A stretch of DNA of 64,000 nt from Piromyces finnis finn (lineage: Eukaryota > Fungi > Neocallimastigomycota), in contig MCFH01000050.1 in NCBI GenBank assembly GCA_002104945.1, positions 186,001 through 250,000 of the forward strand, read 5' to 3'. Both the position numbers and the translations under genes were made by a program. The notes beneath the pieces were generated by a model. That model ran no database searches, was not told the DNA's origin, and saw only the letters and a program-made list of their open reading frames with translations. Shown here piece by piece: positions 60,324 to 64,000 of this stretch; position 1 is the stretch's first letter, and every line of letters begins with the position of its first letter.

Positions 60324-63300
60324 ATGGATAATGAAATTCAAATGGAAAATAAAGATAATATTATTAACAAGAGTAATAAAGAATTGAATAATTTTGATGA
60401 ATTATCAATTTCAGAGCTTCAAGACAATGAAATTCAAAAAAATAAAAGTATTTCAAAAGTAACAACTAATAATGTTGTTAAAGATGTTCAGAGTATTCCC
60501 GAAATGCAAAATGATTTTGATAAGAATAATGAATTAGTAAATGGTAGTTCAATAAAATGTGAAGATATTGAATCTGAAAAAGAAAGCGATGTATATTTGG
60601 ATAATAAAGAAACCAAATGTGAAACAATGAATGAGAGTATATCAAAGTTTAATGAAGCAAATTCTGAAATGAAAATAGAATATACAACAGGAATAAATAA
60701 TAAAAATAATTTAGAAGCAAAATTCATAAATAAATTTAATGATAACGAAAATACAAATTCAAAGCTTGAAATAGATAATGAAATTAATGAAAATAATTCA
60801 ATACCTGATAATACTGCTAATACTATCATGGAATCTGAATTAAAAAAGTTATCAAATGAAAATTTGAAAAATGCAAATGTTTTGGTGGATAATAAAGAAA
60901 ATATACATGAGACCAAAGTGAATTCTTTAGTTGAAGAAAAAAAGCAAGAAACTAATACAGATAATATTTTACTTGAGGATAAAGAAATAAATCCAGAAGC
61001 AAATGAAACTTTTTCATATACATTAAAAAAAATTCAAAATTGCGTAAAGAAGTATTACCCTATTGTGACAAGTTCTGCATTTAATCTTAAAAATAATAAC
61101 CCTCTTTTATTTAAAATATTGATTGGTTTCCTTTTCGTAGTATTACTTTTTCCAAAATTATTATTATTTTTATTATTTTTAATAGTAGGTTTTATTTTAG
61201 GTTTAGCTTATATTATCCCAACAAAAGACGCAGAAAGTATAAATAACATTAAGGCAAATAGTTTGACAGAATTAAAGAGAGCTCAAAAAGTTAATTCAAA
61301 AGTTGTTGAGATTCAGCAACGTCAAGTGAAGGTATATATATTATTATTATTACTAAAATATTTTATATATTCAAATAATATAAAATTAACAACAATCAAT
61401 AATTTTTGTAATATTTATTTATTATTATATTTAAAGAGAATTGAAATTACCTCAAATGACTTTACTCCTGAAATGAAAATGGCATTAGATAATTTTACTA
61501 AAGAATTTATTGTTAATTATATTGATAAATGGTGGATAAAATTAAACCATTCTAATCAAAGTATATTTACTGACAATATAACACAAGTTTTAAATCAAGC
61601 TTATTTAACTGTTAATCAATATGCTAGAAACGTTTCAATTACGTCATTAATCGTACCAATTTTTAATCATCTAATTGAGCAAATGGTAAGTAAAAAAAAA
61701 AAAAAAATTTATTAGAGTTTAATGATATAATAATGTAATATTATGAAAAATTTTAATTTTAATATTATTTTTATATAAAATAGCAATTATACAGAGAATA
61801 TGAAAATTCAGGTTTGACACCAGAAGAATATATTAGAAAGCACAGCTATTCTAAATTAGCAAAATATACATCAAGAGAATCAGAAATAAAAATATTAAGG
61901 GATTTGGGTGGTTTAATTACAGATCAAGTTTTAAAGCAAAGTGATAAAGATTGCAATACTGCGTTTTCATTAATACAAGAAATTATGGCAACAACTGTAC
62001 TTTTACCTGTAGTAGAAAAACTCGCAGACCCATACTTTATTAATAATTTAATTTATACAAAATTAGGTGAAGAAAGTTCTAAACCAAAAAAGAAGTTACA
62101 GAAAAAAAGTTTTTCTCAAATGAATGTTTTAAAAAAAAAGAATAGTCAGACTAGTATGTTTAGCATAAATAGTTCAATAGTTGAAGACAATCAAAGTGTA
62201 TCTTCAATAGGTCAAAATTATAACCTTAATGAAGTATTATATGATAGGTTAAATGATTCACCAATAGTTTCGTATGATCAAAAAAGTGAAATTTCACTTT
62301 TAAGTGATTCAAATAATTATAAATCAAGTTTTGAAGAAGGAATGAAAGATGAGAAAATATATTATGATTTTACTAATTTTATGAAAGATCAAGAATTAGA
62401 AGAATTATTATATTTATATATTAAAATTGAACAATATAAAAATTGCTTTGAAAATGATGAATATGATTTAGATGTTGTAAGTAATTATGGATATAATATT
62501 ATTGATAACTTTATTTTCACTGAGCGTCAAACAATTCAACATAATTTACCAAATCCAAGTATTCTTGATAGATATAGAATGGAAATTGATTTTAATGTTT
62601 TAAAAGGAAGTCTTTTTGATGATTTACAAAGAGAATTATCTAACATAATGAATCAAAAATATTGGCCTGTATTCATGAAATTATATGATCGTTATAGTGA
62701 TATTAATGATAATAGTACTGATATTGATAGTGTACGTGATTTTGATGAAAATGTATCTATATTAAATCAATCAACTCTACCACCTAATGTTAGAGCTGTT
62801 GAAGAGTATTCATTAGATGAATATAATATATGTAATAAAGAAGATATGGAGATAAATGCATTTATTAATCGTGTTCCTCCTGTTATTCAAAGAAAAAATG
62901 TTATTAATAGATATCATTTATATAAGCATAGAAGAACACTTTCTGAAGCTGATTCTGTTTCTCTTAAAACATATGGTATTGATTATATTAATAAAATGAA
63001 TAATACATATGGAGAAAAGTTTATTATTAAAGATCATAAGCGAATTGATAGACATCTTGACCATTTAATTAATCTCAGTTATGATAAAGTTAAACAATAT
63101 GAAAGTGATATTAACTCAAAAAAGAAGGAAGTAGATGCGTTAGATCAAACTATTGAATATGTTATGGAGAATTTTAATAAGAGTGCCAATCAAGATGAAG
63201 AGCTTTTTCAAATTACTATTAAGAAGATTACTGCAAAAAAGATGGAATATCAAATGGAAGTTGAAGAGTTGAATCAAGTAAAATCTGCTATGGAAAGTAA

Positions 63301-64000
63301 AATTATAGAATTGAAGAGTCATCAAGAATTTAGAGCAAAATATAGAATCATAATTATTGATCCATTAAATAATTCTTTAGATAGTGATGCAGTTCTATCT
63401 GAAAATTATCAATTTCAATTAGAAGTTTATAATCTGTATAATATGAACGAAAAACATGTTCAATTTAAAACATATGAAGAATTTTATAATTTCCATTTAA
63501 TGTTAAAATTAAAATATAAGTCGATTCCTGACTTTCCAACATTTGAATATATTATATATAAAAAGAGAAGTTATAGAGATTCATTAATATCAAAACAAGC
63601 ATTACCAAAAGAAAAGCGTGAATCATCTTTTACTGACATTTATAAGATTAAAATAAATGAGCTAATTCAAGAATTAGAATATTATTTTAATACTTTAGCT
63701 AATATTCCAATAATTGGAGAAAATCATGACTTTATACAATTTGTTACAATACCTCCTCCAAAGCAAGTGTTACAAGGTCCAGCATCTGCATCAGCAGTAC
63801 CTCAGCGACAACAATCAGATATTGAACATGATCGTTTCAAAAGGTGGTCATTTAATGATAAAAAATCTAATAATAGTAGTGGTGGTTCATTATCTTCTAT
63901 GATGAATTTTATTAAGCCCTCAAAACATAAGAAGACAAAATCATCATCATTTTCTCTCAGTAGATTGAATGATAAGATTAATGATAAAATCAATGATAAA
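60324..64000 (+). CDS. Sorting nexin of the PXA-RGS-PX class (SNX13/14/25, Mdm1-like); 3' end truncated by the window
   Basis: Acidic N-terminus, then a TM hairpin (ILIGFLFVVLLF...FILGLAYII). PXA: EFIVNYIDKWW..FTDNITQVL, EIMATTVLLPVVEKLADPYFINNLI. RGS-like: YDFTNFMKDQ..LYLYIKIEQYK. Then a coiled coil and PX (FKTYEEFYNFHLMLKLKY..IPDFP..LEYYFNTL). Exons are 60324-61330, ~61437-61685 and ~61783 to the window end with no stop. Confidence 0.82.

Overview
Extremely AT-rich eukaryotic genomic DNA with short GT-AG introns, long A/T homopolymers and microsatellites. The composition, intron style and gene content most resemble an anaerobic gut fungus (Neocallimastigomycota), which is an inference. The ORF track fragments the genes because of introns, so I spliced them by hand. 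That gave about 15 mostly housekeeping genes in this order: DHHC palmitoyltransferase (Pfa4-like), CBS-domain protein (Sds23-like), a very large Dbf4, RPB6, Pom152, CDKAL1-type tRNA methylthiotransferase, SMG6-like Est1/PIN nuclease, a septin, an orphan coiled-coil protein, a UBA-ZnF-UBX protein (UBXN1-like), a small uncharacterised protein, a lysine-rich 12-aa-repeat ORF, FUN14, a MAPKBP1/WDR62-like WD40 protein, and a PXA-RGS-PX sorting nexin cut off by the window end. I saw no rRNA, tRNA, CRISPR array, intact transposon or CAZyme/dockerin gene. There is no evidence for a clustered novel multi-gene system. The best leads are gene-level: (1) Dbf4 with a ~1250-aa tail carrying an AT-hook; (2) SMG6 with all PIN catalytic aspartates and a possible EJC-binding motif; (3) a fungal CDKAL1 with a cryptic spliced transmembrane tail exon; (4) an orphan coiled-coil protein with a recurring NExGxE motif; (5) a spliced basic tandem-repeat ORF that may be a detached 3' part of its upstream neighbour. 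Exon boundaries are manual predictions without RNA support.
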